A DNA stretch of 64,000 nucleotides from assembly GCA_951406725.2 (NCBI GenBank), contig OX597834.1:33356001-33420000 (forward strand), in the 5' to 3' direction. Below are positions 50,307 through 64,000 of this stretch, one piece after another; position 1 is the first letter of the stretch; the number at the start of each line of letters is the position of its first letter. This DNA is from Octopus vulgaris. Lineage: Eukaryota. Below the pieces are notes generated by a model. It did not search any database. It worked only from the letters and a program-made list of their open reading frames with translations, and was not told where the DNA came from. A program made the translations under genes and the position numbers.

Positions 50307-50729
50307 ACAAACACACACACACACAGAGGAGTGGGTGTGTAGAAAGAAGCTTGCTTCCCAATCACATGGTTCCGGGTTCAGTCCCACCGAGTGGCACTTT
50401 GTGCAAGTGTCTTCAACTATAGAGCCTCGGGCCGACCAAAGACTTGTGAGTGTATTTGTAGATAGAAACTGAAAGAAGCCCATCGTGTATATATATATAT
50501 ATAAACCTGTCTGATTTTGTCCACCCCCCACCATCGCTTGACAACCGATGTTGGTGTGTTTACGTCCCCGTAACTTAGACGTTCGGCAAAAGAGGCTGAT
50601 AGAATAAGTACTGGGCTTACAAATGATAAGTCCTGGTTTCGAGTTTTTCGACTAGAAGCAGTGTTCCAGCATGGCCGCAGTCAAATGAGTGAAACACATA
50701 AAAGAATATATAATATATATAGATACTTT

Positions 50730-50785
<56 letters not shown>

Positions 50786-51509
50786 TCATGTGTATGTATG
50801 AAAATGTGTGTGTGTGTTTTATGTAGTTTCTCACTTCTCCCGTGGGACTATTATTCCCCCACACACACACCACCGCCACCACCACCACCACCACCTTTAC
50901 AGAGGGGCATAGAGAGAAAAGGCAAGTCGCTTGTTATTTTGACAGAGAGAGAGAGAGAGACAGAGAAACACGCGCACTAACATTTACATACATCCGAACA
51001 CTTTCCACACTCCTGTACACACACACACACACACACTAGTATAGAACCACGCGCGCGCATACAGACACAGGCACAGACACACACATATGCACACACACAC
51101 CAGAAACAACACAATTAAATACTGAGGGAAGGGAGAGTAAGAAACAAAGAGAGAGTGAATGAATGAGGGGGGGAAGTTATAGTGTAAGTAACGGAGTGAG
51201 AGGGGTGAGCTAGACCTGTGAATGACGGAGAGAGAGAGAGAGAGAGAGGGGGGAAGGAGATTGAGGGAGGAGTTTGTGAATTGTAGAGGCAACCTTATAA
51301 TAATAATAATAATAATAATAATAGTAATAATGAAAATAGCAACAACAACAATAACATCAATAATAATGTCTATTTAAGAAGAGAGAGAGAGAGAGAGAGA
51401 GTGAGTGTGTGTAGGCTTTCTCTTCTCATACCATTACTCAGTAAAGAAGCAGTCGCATACTTATACATCATTTAAACAGACACACACATCTATATATATC
51501 TTTATATAT

Positions 51510-51560
<51 letters not shown>

Positions 51561-53930
51561 CACACACACAAAAACGCATACGTCAAATACAGATACACAT
51601 ATATATATATATAGACAAGGATATAGACACACAGAAACAAACTCCAACATACACACACACACATATTTATATATATTTACATACACAAAGACATACGTCA
51701 AGTACACATACATACACAGACACGGATATAGACACACACATACAGCGACATACATACATACATATATACACGCTGGGCTGGAGTGTGAGCAGTGACAAAT
51801 GTTTTTTTTTTCTTTTTCAAAAACTTTGATACTCTCTCCTTGACAAAAGCATGGAGCTTGGGCCGTTTTGAAAGCACTTTCCTCTAAACAGCTTTAATAA
51901 TTTAATAATACCAGCTACAAGCCCGGGGAGTAAAAATATACCAAAGAAAAACAAATAAGAGCCCTAAAAATTATTCTTATGATTTTTCAGCAATTTCAAA
52001 AACAAGAAAGAAAAGGGATGAATATTATGCAGTCTCATTTCCCTCGACTTCAAAATTGCGGCTTTGTGCCCTAAATGAAAAAGAATATATAATAATAATA
52101 ATAATCATACCCCTACACCCTATCAGTAATAAGGGCTTCTACTGTCATCCCCCCCACAACACTTTTGTTTGTAAATGTCCCGTCTCTTTTATTACTTCCC
52201 CCCGACCCTCGAATAATTGATCGAAAAAAGCTTCTAAACTCGCTGGAACGAAGTTTGACGGCTCACCCCTTTTCGTAACAACGTACCCCTCATCGTCTTT
52301 CAAAATTCACTCCTTGCTCCCACTACCAGCATCTTCTCATTATCGTACCCTCGTTTTAAGGAATACATTACTCGCTTGTATATAGCACCACCGCCGCGTA
52401 AATTCACAAAAGTTTCTACAATTTTCTGCAATAATAATTATTATATTGTTTAATATACATCTGATTTGCTTTTTACAAACCGCGGATACCTATACACACA
52501 GTTCGGATACCTATACACACACGCACGCCACACACAAATATATATACATACACACATATATACATACAAATAAACAGGGTGGATTATCTATCTCTTTCTT
52601 TCTATCACGATCTTCTCTGTCTTAAAATATCATCTGTATAAATGTATGTATAGTTATTTACATGTATATATCTATACTCCTCTCTGCATACTGCCAGGAA
52701 AGCTTTTCTTAAACCTTATGTAGATCCAAAATATAATATATATATTTTAATATATACACGCGCCATACACTTTGGAGTATTATGCGTCTGATTGGACGGA
52801 ACTGTGTACATTTGGTGATTTTATGGACTTTTCTTTTGCTACATACCCTTGTCCAAGGTAAGTCTTTCATTTATATATATATATATGTACATATATTATA
52901 AACAATGAACATAATCAAACACGACCATTTTTTTCTCTAAGACATTTAAAAAAAATATTGGCGATGTCCCATCTAAATCCTTGTTGTATTTATTCCAACT
53001 CTTTACTTATCTGAGTTCGAATCCTACCGTGGCCAGTTTTGATATTCAATTCTTTTAGCTGTTGATAAATGTATTTGCACAAGTACTGAGGTTAATTTAA
53101 TCGACGAAACCGTCCCCGGCCTCGCTGTCTTAAAATTTGTGTCCTCGTGTCTTGGTGTAACAAATAATTTTCATTATTTTACTTGTGTTCCCCAAAGTTT
53201 CGAATTCAAGCCCCATCCTGTCATTCCTCCGGGGACTAAGTACCAAGTGGAGGATGGCGGTTCGCGGCATCATCTCGATATGATATGGAGATTTAGAAAG
53301 GTGTCCTTCGAAGTCCCATATCTCATGGTTTGACATAGGAAAGTAATTTCCGTTATATGAAAAAGAGGAATATTGAAAAAAGAAAAAAAACTCGAAGTGT
53401 GTGTGTGCGAATCAAACGAATTTCTGTTTTCCTTTCCTATCAGGTTTGGGACTTCGAAGGACAGTTATTAAAAAGAGGAACTATGATATTCCTATGTTAG
53501 AAATATTTTTTTGCTCTTTACGTTCTGAGTTCAAATTCCGACAGGGTCAACTAACTTTGCCGTTCATCCTCTTTTGGGGGTTGATGTAATCAAGTTATCA
53601 AGCCTACCCCCTTATCTCAAAATTTCCGGCATCATGCCTATTGAAGTAATTATTATAAATTTCGGCGAGGTCGACTTTATCTTTCATCCTTTGGGGCCGA
53701 TAAAATAAGTACCAGTTGAGCATAGGGAACTGCAGCCCTTGTGCCAAAATTTAAACCCTCCACTACCATTATTATTATTATTAAGTTTCTCCAAAAGTGA
53801 AACTTTTTGGATTTGCTTTGTGGCTGCCACATTTCTGGCAATTAACATGTTAATTAATTCCCGCCAATCGTCCATCATTTAACAGCAATTAGAGAACGCC
53901 TCTGAGAGTAAAATGATAAACTAACAAACG

Positions 53931-53964
<34 letters not shown>

Positions 53965-55434
53965 CCTTTCTACTATAGGCACAAGGCCTGAAATTTGGTG
54001 GGGCCCCAGTACGCAACTGGTACTTTTCGATTCCGAAAGGATGAAAGGCAAAGTCGACCTCGGTAGCATTTGAACTCAGAACGTGCAGACGGATGAAATG
54101 TCACCAAACATTTCGCATTAATAATCAATAAAATGATCAGATCTTGCAAACGAAAGGGGTCAACCGTCTTCAGTCGACAAACAACCACTTTCGGTTGATT
54201 TTTCTCTTATTTTGATTATTTGTCGTTTGGGCACAATTGGGACATAACATAAAGTACACAGGTGTCTCTTCTCCCCAATCTCGACTTTGTTTCCTCATGC
54301 GCGCCTACCGATTATTTTTTTTCACATTAAATTCCGATGTAATCGAAATCTAACATCAGCAGAAATGTATTTTGTAGAACATTTTATTAAAAAAAATATC
54401 CATTTGCCTGAAAGTTATGAGGAAACAAAGTCAATGGTCGAGGTGGTGGTGGTGGGGAACACATACATAGATTAGTGTGCCGCCATCTGTCCCTTTTTTC
54501 TGTCTGTTCTACAGTTGTTGGAAAAATATAAATATATAAAAAAAAAGCCCGTCTGTTTTTGCAGTTGTCCCCATCTCCATCACCCCCCCCATTCCACGAC
54601 TGCTACCCTTTACTGGTGTCCGATATCAACCGTTTGACCATTTGTCATAGTCCCCCTATCTATGTTTTGTTCATGTCCACTACCAAACAATCTTGACCAT
54701 TTGCTATGGGTCCTACTGAAATTTTACTTTTTTAACCAGTTGATGATATTGACCCCATTTTACTGGCAGCTTGATGTTTGTGACCCCAAATGTTCTTTCC
54801 CCCCTCCCTTCCCTGCTTATTTTTTTATGTCCTACTTTCCTTTGTTGGTGTATGTGTCCAGTGAAAGCGGCAGAAAGAGAGAGAGAGAAATGGGGGCCGT
54901 TAGTTTGAACTCTTTCAATGATTCACAATTTAGGTGACACTTAAAAAAGAAGGCTCTTGGCAGTGTGTCAGTTCAACTTAAGTCACTTAAAGAATGTGTG
55001 TCTGTATGTATGTATGTATGCGTATATGCTGAGGTCAGTAGTGGCCCAGGTCTTCACACACTCACACGCGCTTTGTAACAGCTCATACAGTATATTCATC
55101 CAATGTATAAATATATATATATATCAGTAGTTGAATGAATTATCTTATTATGGATAATTCGGTTAACCGATACCTGGGTAGCAAATTCACGTCAGAATTT
55201 TGTTAATTCGTCGTTCAACTCCATTCTTTCATTTATTTGTATATATATATATCTATACATACACATCTGTGAAATCTTTGTTTTTTTTTTGTAATATTAT
55301 ATATAAACACGTTTTGTAGTTATAATGTTGTATATACACACGCAATAATGAAAAAGAAACAAATATTTTAACAGATGTTTCAAAATTTTCATTCTGAGTT
55401 CTACAGCTGTTTCAATGGTTAAAATGGAAACATC

Positions 55435-55636
55435 GGGCGTGACTGTGTGGTAAGAAGCTTTCTTCTCAAACACATGGTTCTGGGTTCAGTCCCGCTGCGT
55501 GACACCTTGGGCAAGTGTCTTCTGCTATAGCCTCGGGCCGACCAAAACCTCGTGAGTGGATTTGGTAGACGGAAACTGAAAGAAGCTTGTCGCAGATATA
55601 TGTGTGCGTGCTTAATGCATGAACACACACACACAC

Positions 55637-55686
<50 letters not shown>

Positions 55687-55960
55687 ACGACAGGCTTCTT
55701 TAAGTTTCCGTCTACCAAAGCGCCTATATATATATACACACACACACAACACATACGAGGGGTGTATGAAAAGTCTTGAGCCTCAAAAAAAAAAAAAAAA
55801 ACATGGTACAAGACTTGAAGGCTCAAAGTGGTTCGGCAAAAGGAGACCAATAGAATAAGTACTAGTCTTACAAAGAATAAGTCCTGGAATCGATTTATTC
55901 GACTAAAGGCGGTCCTCCAGTATGGCCGCAGTCAAATGACTGAAACGAGTAAACGAAAAG
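55435..55960 (+). mobile_element. SINE family A with an internal inverted segment
   Basis: TTTGGTAGACGGAAACTGAAAGAAGCTTGTCG at 55561-55592 and its reverse complement at 55688-55718. Confidence 0.8.
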
Positions 55961-56921
55961 AATGTGTGTGTGTGTAAAAGTAGTGCAAAACACCGTTACT
56001 GTTTTAAATACCGAAACACCGATTATACACACACTGATATAAGCCAATGATAATAAAACGATTAGTGAAAAAAAACTTCGATTAAGTGGGAACAGATTGG
56101 CGCGCCACCGACTTCATCCCCTCACAACCACCGATGAAAATTTGCTGAGGATGCGTTTCCGAGGATGTAGATTACGATTTTGTTAATAAAATTAGAAAAA
56201 CTAAGCAACTGGAGAAATTTTACGTCGTAAATACCCCCTCCCATAGCCAGCCTCAACTGGTTTCCATAACTATTGCATTTTCACATTTTTGTTTTTATAT
56301 ATACTTGAACCATCAACGATGTATAAATGTGTGGTCATATACTCGAAAACCTATTTCTGTTGAAAGGTCCTTAACAAATGTATTTTAAAGAGATTTATGA
56401 AGAAACAAAATAGGAATTATCCGAAACTGCTTAAATTATTGTTGTTTTTTAACTGTTACCATTATAATCGTATTCCACATCCTCGAAAAAGTGTTTTTGT
56501 AAAGTTTCATTAGAATTCTCATTCTTCAGAAAATAATGAAGAAACAAAGGGAGGGGGGCGCACCAAACTGTTATTAATGCTACAATTCGTTGACAAGATC
56601 TAGAAGTGTTTAAAAAAAAATCTGAAAACAGGTAGGGGGAGATAAATACAATAAGCTCAGTTGATAGACATTTCTGGACAATATACACAATGCTGCCTGG
56701 GATGAATCTGAGTTTAAAAAAATTTTTTTTGAAAGCTATTTGATGCAAGCAACGGGTATGTTTCGATGCAATAAGACCTCCTCAAATGAACCTTGTTCTA
56801 CTCAGTTGGCAAGACTATGAAAGACCCCCCCCCATACATTAAATGTAATAACTTTAGCTCAACCACTTGATATTTCAGTAAACTTTTAACCTAAATAGCA
56901 TTTTGGTAAGAGGAAAAAGGA

Positions 56922-57454
56922 ATGTGTGTGTGTATGTATATATATATATATGTGTATATATATATATATATGTATGTGTATATATATGTGTATGTATGTA
57001 TATATGTGTATGTATGTATATATATATGTGTATGTATGTATGTATATATGTGTATGTATGTATGTATATATGTGTATGTATGTATATATATATGTGTATG
57101 TATGTATATATATATGTGTATGTATGTATGTATATATGTGTATGTATATATGTATATATATATATATATGTGTATGTATGTATATATATATGTGTATGTA
57201 TATATGTATATATATATGTGTATGTATGTATATATATATGTGTATGTATGTATATATATATGTGTATGTATGTATATATATGTGTATGTATGTATATATA
57301 TGTGTATGTATGTATGTATATATATATGTGTATGTATGTATGTATATATATATGTGTATGTATGTATGTATATATATATGTGTATGTATGTATGTATATA
57401 TATATGTGTATGTATGTATGTATATATATATATATATATGTGTATGTATGTATG

Positions 57455-57491
<37 letters not shown>

Positions 57492-57948
57492 ATGTACATA
57501 TAGTATGTGTGTGTGTGTATGTATATATAGTGTATGTACATATAGTATGTGTGTGTGTGTATGTATATATAGTGTATGTACATATAGTATGTGTGTGTGT
57601 GTATATATATATAGTGTATGTACATATAGTATGTGTGTGTGTGTATGTATATATAGTGTATGTACATATAGTATGTGTGTGTGTGTATGTATATATAGTG
57701 TATGTACATATAGTATGTGTGTGTGTATGTATATATGTATATATAGTGTATGTACATATAGTATGTGTGTGTGTATGTATATATGTATATATAGTGTATG
57801 TACATATAGTATGTGTGTGTGTATGTATATATGTATATATAGTGTATGTACATATAGTATGTGTGTGTGTATGTATATATGTATATATAGTGTATGTACA
57901 TATAGTATGTGTGTATGTACGTATATATGTATGTATATATGTGTGTGG
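56922..57948. repeat. complex (TA)/(TG)/(TATG) microsatellite grading into a 32-40-bp minisatellite (GTGTATGTACATATAGTATGTGTG...)
   Basis: Direct reading; about 12 units from ~57487 to 57915. Confidence 0.95.
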
Positions 57949-57969
57949 TTAATGCATTAAGAATTTAAC

Positions 57970-58185
57970 GGTAAAACTCGAAGCAAGAAAATCCTAAATA
58001 TTAGCGTGTGAAAATACTGGGTTAAAAATCTCTTGGACAGAAAACGTCGTAGGTCGCCTGTGTGACACGAACCCACATTTTCTGTAATCATAGCAACCTT
58101 CGACTTTTTTCTGTCCAAATGGTTTGATTTTTAACCTCAAATTTACCCTCGGTTATTTACAGCTTTGTCTGCTTCGAGTCTTACC
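57970..58185. mobile_element. palindromic MITE (Kolobok-like termini, uncertain)
   Basis: GGTAAAACTCGAAGCA/TGCTTCGAGTCTTACC, GGTTAAAAATC/GATTTTTAACC, TTGGACAGAAAA/TTTTCTGTCCAA. Confidence 0.7.
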
Positions 58186-58853
58186 TTGCACACACACACA
58201 CACACTTGTTTAGTGTTCGTGTAGTTTATAGATATTCTTTCTTCATTTGTCGTAAGCAGACTTATGATGAATGCTATTCTTTTACTTGGTTCCGTCATTT
58301 GGCTGCGGCCATGCTGGAGAACCGCCTCGAAGGGTCTTAGCCGAAGACATCGATACAGGGGACGGATTTCTCTGTAAACATGGTACTTATTCTACCGGTC
58401 TAATTTTGCCGAACCGCTAAGTTCCGGGGCCGTAAACACACCGATATAACCGTAATCTATACCTTCAAAATATATTTGGAAAATTACAGTTTCAATGACA
58501 TATTTTTGGCAATGTTTCGGTGTTTGTATATGACGTCAGTCGTGAATATATGTGCGAGAATGTGTTTGACTGTTCAGCTCTGATGAGTAGATGAAACGGT
58601 GTCATACATTCACTCATTACGTCATTGACTTTTACCGAAAGATTGCCTTATTTTTCAGAAACTAATTAAGAATCGCCATCGGTTAGGTGGACACATCTTT
58701 AGTAATGCCGATCATATTTTGGGAAGACTCTAACGCGTTGACCAAAAAGCTTTGCGACACTTCTGAGTTCAAATTCCGCCGTGGTCCACTTTGACCTCCA
58801 TCCTTTTGGGGTCAATAAAATAAGTACCAGCTGAGCAATGGGGTCGATTTAAT

Positions 58854-59277
58854 CAGGACCGGATTAAGACCCATCGTTGCCCTAAGCACTTAAAAGATTT
58901 TGGTGGCCCCATAAAATATTATGTAATTCAAAATATAAACAATAACAAACCATAAAATAAATAATTATTTTTGAAAACGAAGCAAAACAATAAAAGAGGG
59001 AAAATAATGTTTATTTTTGTCTACTTCCACTTTATTTATATTTGAAAAGATTCCTCCTACTTTTTTGAATTGCAAAGTTTTTGATCAGATCCTCACAATA
59101 ATTATTAGGTAACACATCTCTATTTGGTAGAGATAAAGACATCCCGAATATTATTTCAGCAAGTTTAAAGTGATTTCTTTTGTACCGTCAACCATTTACC
59201 ATTTCTGTGGTTCCCCCCCTCTTTCCCTTGATGCCCTAAGCACGTGCTTATTTTGCTTAATGGTTAATCCAGCGCTG
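58854..59277 (-). mobile_element. internally deleted hAT (Tip100-like) element inserted in a SINE B
   Basis: Exact 8-bp TSD GATTTAAT at 58846-58853 and 59278-59285; TIRs CAGGACCGGATTAA / TTAATCCAGCGCTG; subterminal TGCCCTAAGCAC x2; minus-strand CEDLIKNFAIQKSRR resembles a hAT transposase C-terminus. Confidence 0.88.
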
Positions 59278-62118
59278 GATTTAATCCACCTACCTCCTCC
59301 TCCCTCGAAATTGCTGGCCTTGTGTCAAAAACTCGAAACCAGTTAATCTAACCGCGGGATCAAATTTAGTTTGAAGTTGTATTTGACATGTGTAATTTAT
59401 AACTTTTCTTTTGGTTGTTTTTGCTGTCACATGTCAAACTAGATGAAGCAAACCTATGATCAAAGACTTTCCGTCCGTGACCATCCTGTCTTTTCGTCAG
59501 ATGCTGTTTGATTCGTCCTAGTGATAGCTAGTACTTGATAAGATACACATACATACAAAATATCGAGTTGTTTAGCATAATATGGAGACGGTTTCCACAT
59601 GACCATCTCGTTTATGATTTTTTTCCTAGAAATATTGCATTTTGAATCACATAATTCAACGTGTCTCGGGATTATATCTTCAATATTATTGTCCTTATTA
59701 AAACTGTGAAGCTGGCCTTGTGCCCATAGCAGAAGCGCTTATTAAAACTGTGAAGGCTGTAAGCTGGGGGAATTGTTATCGTGCCGGACAAACTGCTTTA
59801 CGGCATTTCTTCCGGCTCCTTTAGATTCTGGGTTCAAATAAAATAAGTACCAGTATCGATTAGCCACCCTCCTTAAAATCACCTACCATGTACCTTAAAA
59901 TAGAAACCCCTTTCGGGTCGATAAAAAGAAGTACCAGTCCAGTAAATTTTGAAAACTATGACTAAAACGTCGAATTGGTAGTGTACCAGCTGTTCACGTT
60001 TGGGTTCAAATCCCGCCGAAGTTAGCATTATCATTCATCCTTTCGAATCGATAAAATAAAGTACTGGGATCAATTTAAACGTTCTGGAACCCGCTTACCT
60101 CAAAATTGCTATCCTTGTGTCAAAATCAGAAACAGCCGTTAAAAATATGATTTTTAACCAGCCATCCTCCTTCTCCAAACTCTGATTGGCGGCCTTTTTG
60201 GAATTAGCAATCACCACTTCATGGAGAATGAAAAGGGCAAAGAGTTGGGCGGTCGTTTCCTTCAGTGAAAGATTTTTTTTAGTCCCAAATTTTCCAAGCA
60301 TATTTTTACCCTCTTCCCAATTCTGCGCTCCCTTTCCGGTAAATATTTACTAATTATTACACCCGTCTCACAAACTAGGTGTAATAGTAAATAAAAATAG
60401 AAAATGAAGTTTTAAGCATGTTTTTCCCCCCTAAGCAATTCTGTGTCCCTTTCCCGGCAAATCCTTACTAAACGAATATAAATAGTAAATAAAAGTACAA
60501 AATAAACTTTCAGTCAAGTATTGGGGGATAGAAGTAATCGACTGACAAACTTCAAAATTGCTGACCTTGAGTCTAAATCAGGAAAGAAACTCTCGTAAAA
60601 TCCTGATTTCTAACCACCATTTAATGTAACATAGTTAAAGAAAACTGGATTACGACGAAAACATTTCTTTCCTGCCCCCATTAAAAACAAACCCTCTCTT
60701 TTGATCAAATTATCTTCAATTATAAATACGTATTTCAGTTTAGTGTTACCATGCTCTTAAAATATCTCTGATCTTTGACAAGTATCGCATATTTTCCTGT
60801 AGAGAAAATAAATGTCGAATCCTAAAAAAATATATTTAAAAACTTGTGTGTGGGGAAAGGTATTTTGGGGGTTGCAAGCGTGATAAAATACTTCCCAGCT
60901 TTTGAAAAAGTTTTAGCGATAAATCATATTAATTTTTTTTTCTTCTTTTGATAACGCGGGTCTTTCAAATGTCGAGAGTTGTGTGACGTGAGTGCGTGGT
61001 CGTATATGTGTGTGTGTGTTCGTGCGTAACGTCTATGTGAATATATGTATGCGTTTGTGCACCTGTGGCGTATATATGTGTGTGAGAGAGAAGTATGCGT
61101 TTTAGGTGAATGTATGTGTGTGTGAAGGCGCCGTGGTTGTTTGTATAGACACACGTCACTATATCTACATGTGTCGATGACATGTAGGGGAGGAAAAGGA
61201 AGAGGTGGCTTAAAACGTGCTGAGGAAGGGTTTTTTTTTGTTTTTTGTCGTCGTCAAAGCCTTACATTTTTTTTTTATCTGTAGGGTTTTCAACAGTCAC
61301 TTTTATACTATCTACACACTGAAAAACTTTACATAGCTTGTTTGTGTGTGTCTGTGTGTGTACGAGATGAAACAGATCCTACAATAGTCCGACTTGCACA
61401 GAATACATATACGTAAACAAAGCTAAATTTAATATACAGACAGTAGGCAAACAACTAGTGGTAATTCATAAATCCACTTTCTCGCCTCCTCTCTCCCTAT
61501 CGGCATTCCTAAATTTCGCTAAAAAGTATCCATTTTTCTAGGAGTTATGAGGTAACAAAGTCGGGGAGGGAGGTACACATCTGTAGGAATGCCGGCTACA
61601 TATATATATATATTTATATTACAGGGAAAAATGCGAGCATGAAAAGTAATTCATGCATTTTTCTATCATTTTAAGCCTAATTAATAAAAGTATACTTTTA
61701 TTTTAAAATCTAAAAAAATATTATGTTAATTGAAGATAAATAAGTGCCTTACTGCCCACCTTTAGACACCTGACATATTTTGATGTAGCTTTTTTTTCTA
61801 CTGAACCAAATCTCAAACTATTTATGGCAAAGTGTAGCTGAGGAGATGTCCTCTTTAAAACTGAGAACTGAATTAGTGGTAGAGCTTGAAATCTGCTGCA
61901 ATTGACGAAATGGTGGACTTAATGATATATTCAACTACTACCATGGTCGAATGATATATGAAGTAGGCTGTGGTTCAGGAGTTTCTTTCAAAACCATGTG
62001 GATTCGGCCTCAGACATACAGTGCAGCTATATATGGCCTGCTCGCTTAGCCAGCGGGGTGGCGTCATTTGAAGGCTAAAACAATGCAAAGCGCATTGTGG
62101 CCAGCGATGTGTAACATC

Positions 62119-62149
<31 letters not shown>

Positions 62150-62520
62150 TCTTTTATTCATTTGACTGCGGCCATGATGGAGCACTGCCTTTAGTCGAAC
62201 GAATCGACCCCAGGACTTATTATTCGTAAGCCTAGTACTTATTCTATCGGTCTTTTTTGCCGAACTGCTAAGTTACGGGGACGTAAACACCAACATCGGT
62301 TGTCATGCGATGGTGGGGGGTACAAACACACACACATATGCATATATATATATATATATATATACGACGGGCTTCTTTCAGTTTCCGTCTACCAAATCCA
62401 CTCACATGACTTTGGTCGGCCCGAGGATATGGTAGAAGACACTTGCCCAAGGTGCCACGCAGTGGGACAACATGGAACCATGTAGTTAGGAAGCAAGCTT
62501 CTTACCACACAGTTACGCTT
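62150..62520 (-). mobile_element. SINE family A
   Basis: Matches the 29770-30175 consensus in reverse. Confidence 0.88.
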
Positions 62521-63746
62521 GTGTCTCGGTATGCATGTGTATATATATGTATGTGTATATGTGTGTATATATATATGTATATACACACACACATACACAC
62601 ACACACAAAATAACCAATATGAATGTTGGTTGGTTTTCTTCTGTCACGTTTTACATCATGTAGAGACAGGATGAAAAAATGGGAAGCAGAGAGGAGGCAT
62701 ACAATATGTGTACATACTAGGCTTGACTGCAGGCAAGGAGTAAATGAATGCTACGCACATACACACACATGGAGAAAAAGGAAGAGAAAGTGTGTTTGTG
62801 TTTATAAAGAGAAAGAGAGAGAGAGAGAGAGAAAGTGTGTGTGTGTGCGACTGAGACAGCACCAAGAAAATTGATAAAAGTCAAATGATTGTATTTCCTG
62901 TTATTTTCCCATGGTCTATACTTGCAAAATTACCCATCCATCATATGACAGGTAATACTTCAGCATATATAAATAAACTTCCAACAGAACAGAAGCAAAT
63001 ATTAATAAACTAGCGTTTGGTTGCACTGAGCTAAGAAAAAGGAAGAAAAAAAAGCTATTAAACCTATAAGCGTAGAGAAATACATAATACCATCTATTAT
63101 TGTGTATGTGTGTATACTATATATAAATATATATACAATTTCATTTGATATTTAAAAATATAAAAGGTTTTGCCCTCATAAACCATCTACTGGTAACTTT
63201 TTATAGCAACTCATCCACACAAGGATGTATATATGTATGTGTATATATATATATGTGTGTGTGTGTGTGTATATATATACACACACACATATATACACAT
63301 ATATACATATATATGTATTTGTGTATATATGTCTATGTATCTCTCTCTCTCTGTATCTATCTATATATATATATCTTAAATGGAAGAAGTATTTTACGCT
63401 TGAATGAAAGAAACGGCCAGTAGTTGTGTATAAGGTGTCAAAAACCAGAATAGTTTATGTTTACAGAAGTCAGAGTGGCAAAAAAATCTCTGCAAAAGTC
63501 CACCAAACTCGAGAATTTTGAAAATCTGTTACTTAAAAAAAATTCCGATATTTTCTTTTTGTCTTTTATTTTATACTTGTTTCATTTACTGGGACTGCGG
63601 CCATGCTGGGGCATCACTTTGAGTTTGTTTTTTTTGGTTTTGGCTCCTTGCCACTCATGCCTCATTCCAACTTCTTCCTCTTCTCATTATTTCAACATAC
63701 CTTAACCATTTAGGTCAGATACATTTTTTTTCTCTCTTCATCTGTC

Positions 63747-63782
63747 CTTTCTGAAGAAGAGCATAGACTTGAAATGTTAAAA
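63747..63782 (+). ncRNA. degenerate minimal hammerhead with an extra A after the core
   Basis: CTTT-CTGAAGA-A-GAGC/atag/ACTT-GAAATGTT-AAAA; downstream sequence homologous to 27327-27420 (minus). Confidence 0.5.
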
Positions 63783-64000
63783 ATCTCTTCCTTTTTCATG
63801 AAAGAATGACAAACAAGGTGTACTAATGCACACTATTTGTTGTTCTTTCACTTCATTTTTTTTTGTATTTTTGTATTTTTAGACCATGCTCTTTTTAAAA
63901 CCTGGTACTTGTATTATCGGCCTCTTTTGGCTGAGTTACTAAGTTATAGAGCTGGAAAGCCAGAGGACTTCACCAAGCTCCACTGTCTGCTTTGGCATGG

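Noticed and set aside
56891-57960. Long ORFs of 336-349 aa, and similar YI/HT/CV-rich ORFs throughout
   Set aside because: Translations of TA/TG/CA microsatellites, open in several frames only because the repeats lack stops
58580-58610. CTGATGA-GTAGAT-GAAACGGTGTC
   Set aside because: Core words are present but stem II is only 6 nt in total and no adjacent stem I pairing exists

Overview
AT-rich, microsatellite-saturated eukaryotic DNA. The repeat landscape suggests an Octopus genome (inference; not checked against a database). No complete, recognisable host protein-coding gene is present, and almost all ORFs in the supplied track are translations of (TA)n/(CA)n/(TAT)n/(GGT)n/(CTAT)n microsatellites. 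The window holds dozens of tRNA-derived SINE copies (3-4 modular families), decayed LINE fragments (RTE, CR1, Tx1-like) and DNA-transposon relics (Tigger/pogo, DD37D maT, mariner, hAT and piggyBac MITEs, a Helitron, a Mutator-like fold-back carrying TTAGGG repeats). Main signals: (1) at least five type I hammerhead-ribozyme motifs in probable Penelope-like terminal repeats, three of them within 700 bp at 26.7-27.5 kb; (2) a dispersed ~230-nt repeat whose three diverged copies keep the same multi-hairpin/pseudoknot fold, probably a LINE 5' end and a candidate unclassified ribozyme or IRES-like RNA; (3) a possible minus-strand multi-exon transcript of unknown product, built from isolated unique islands with GT-AG boundaries.
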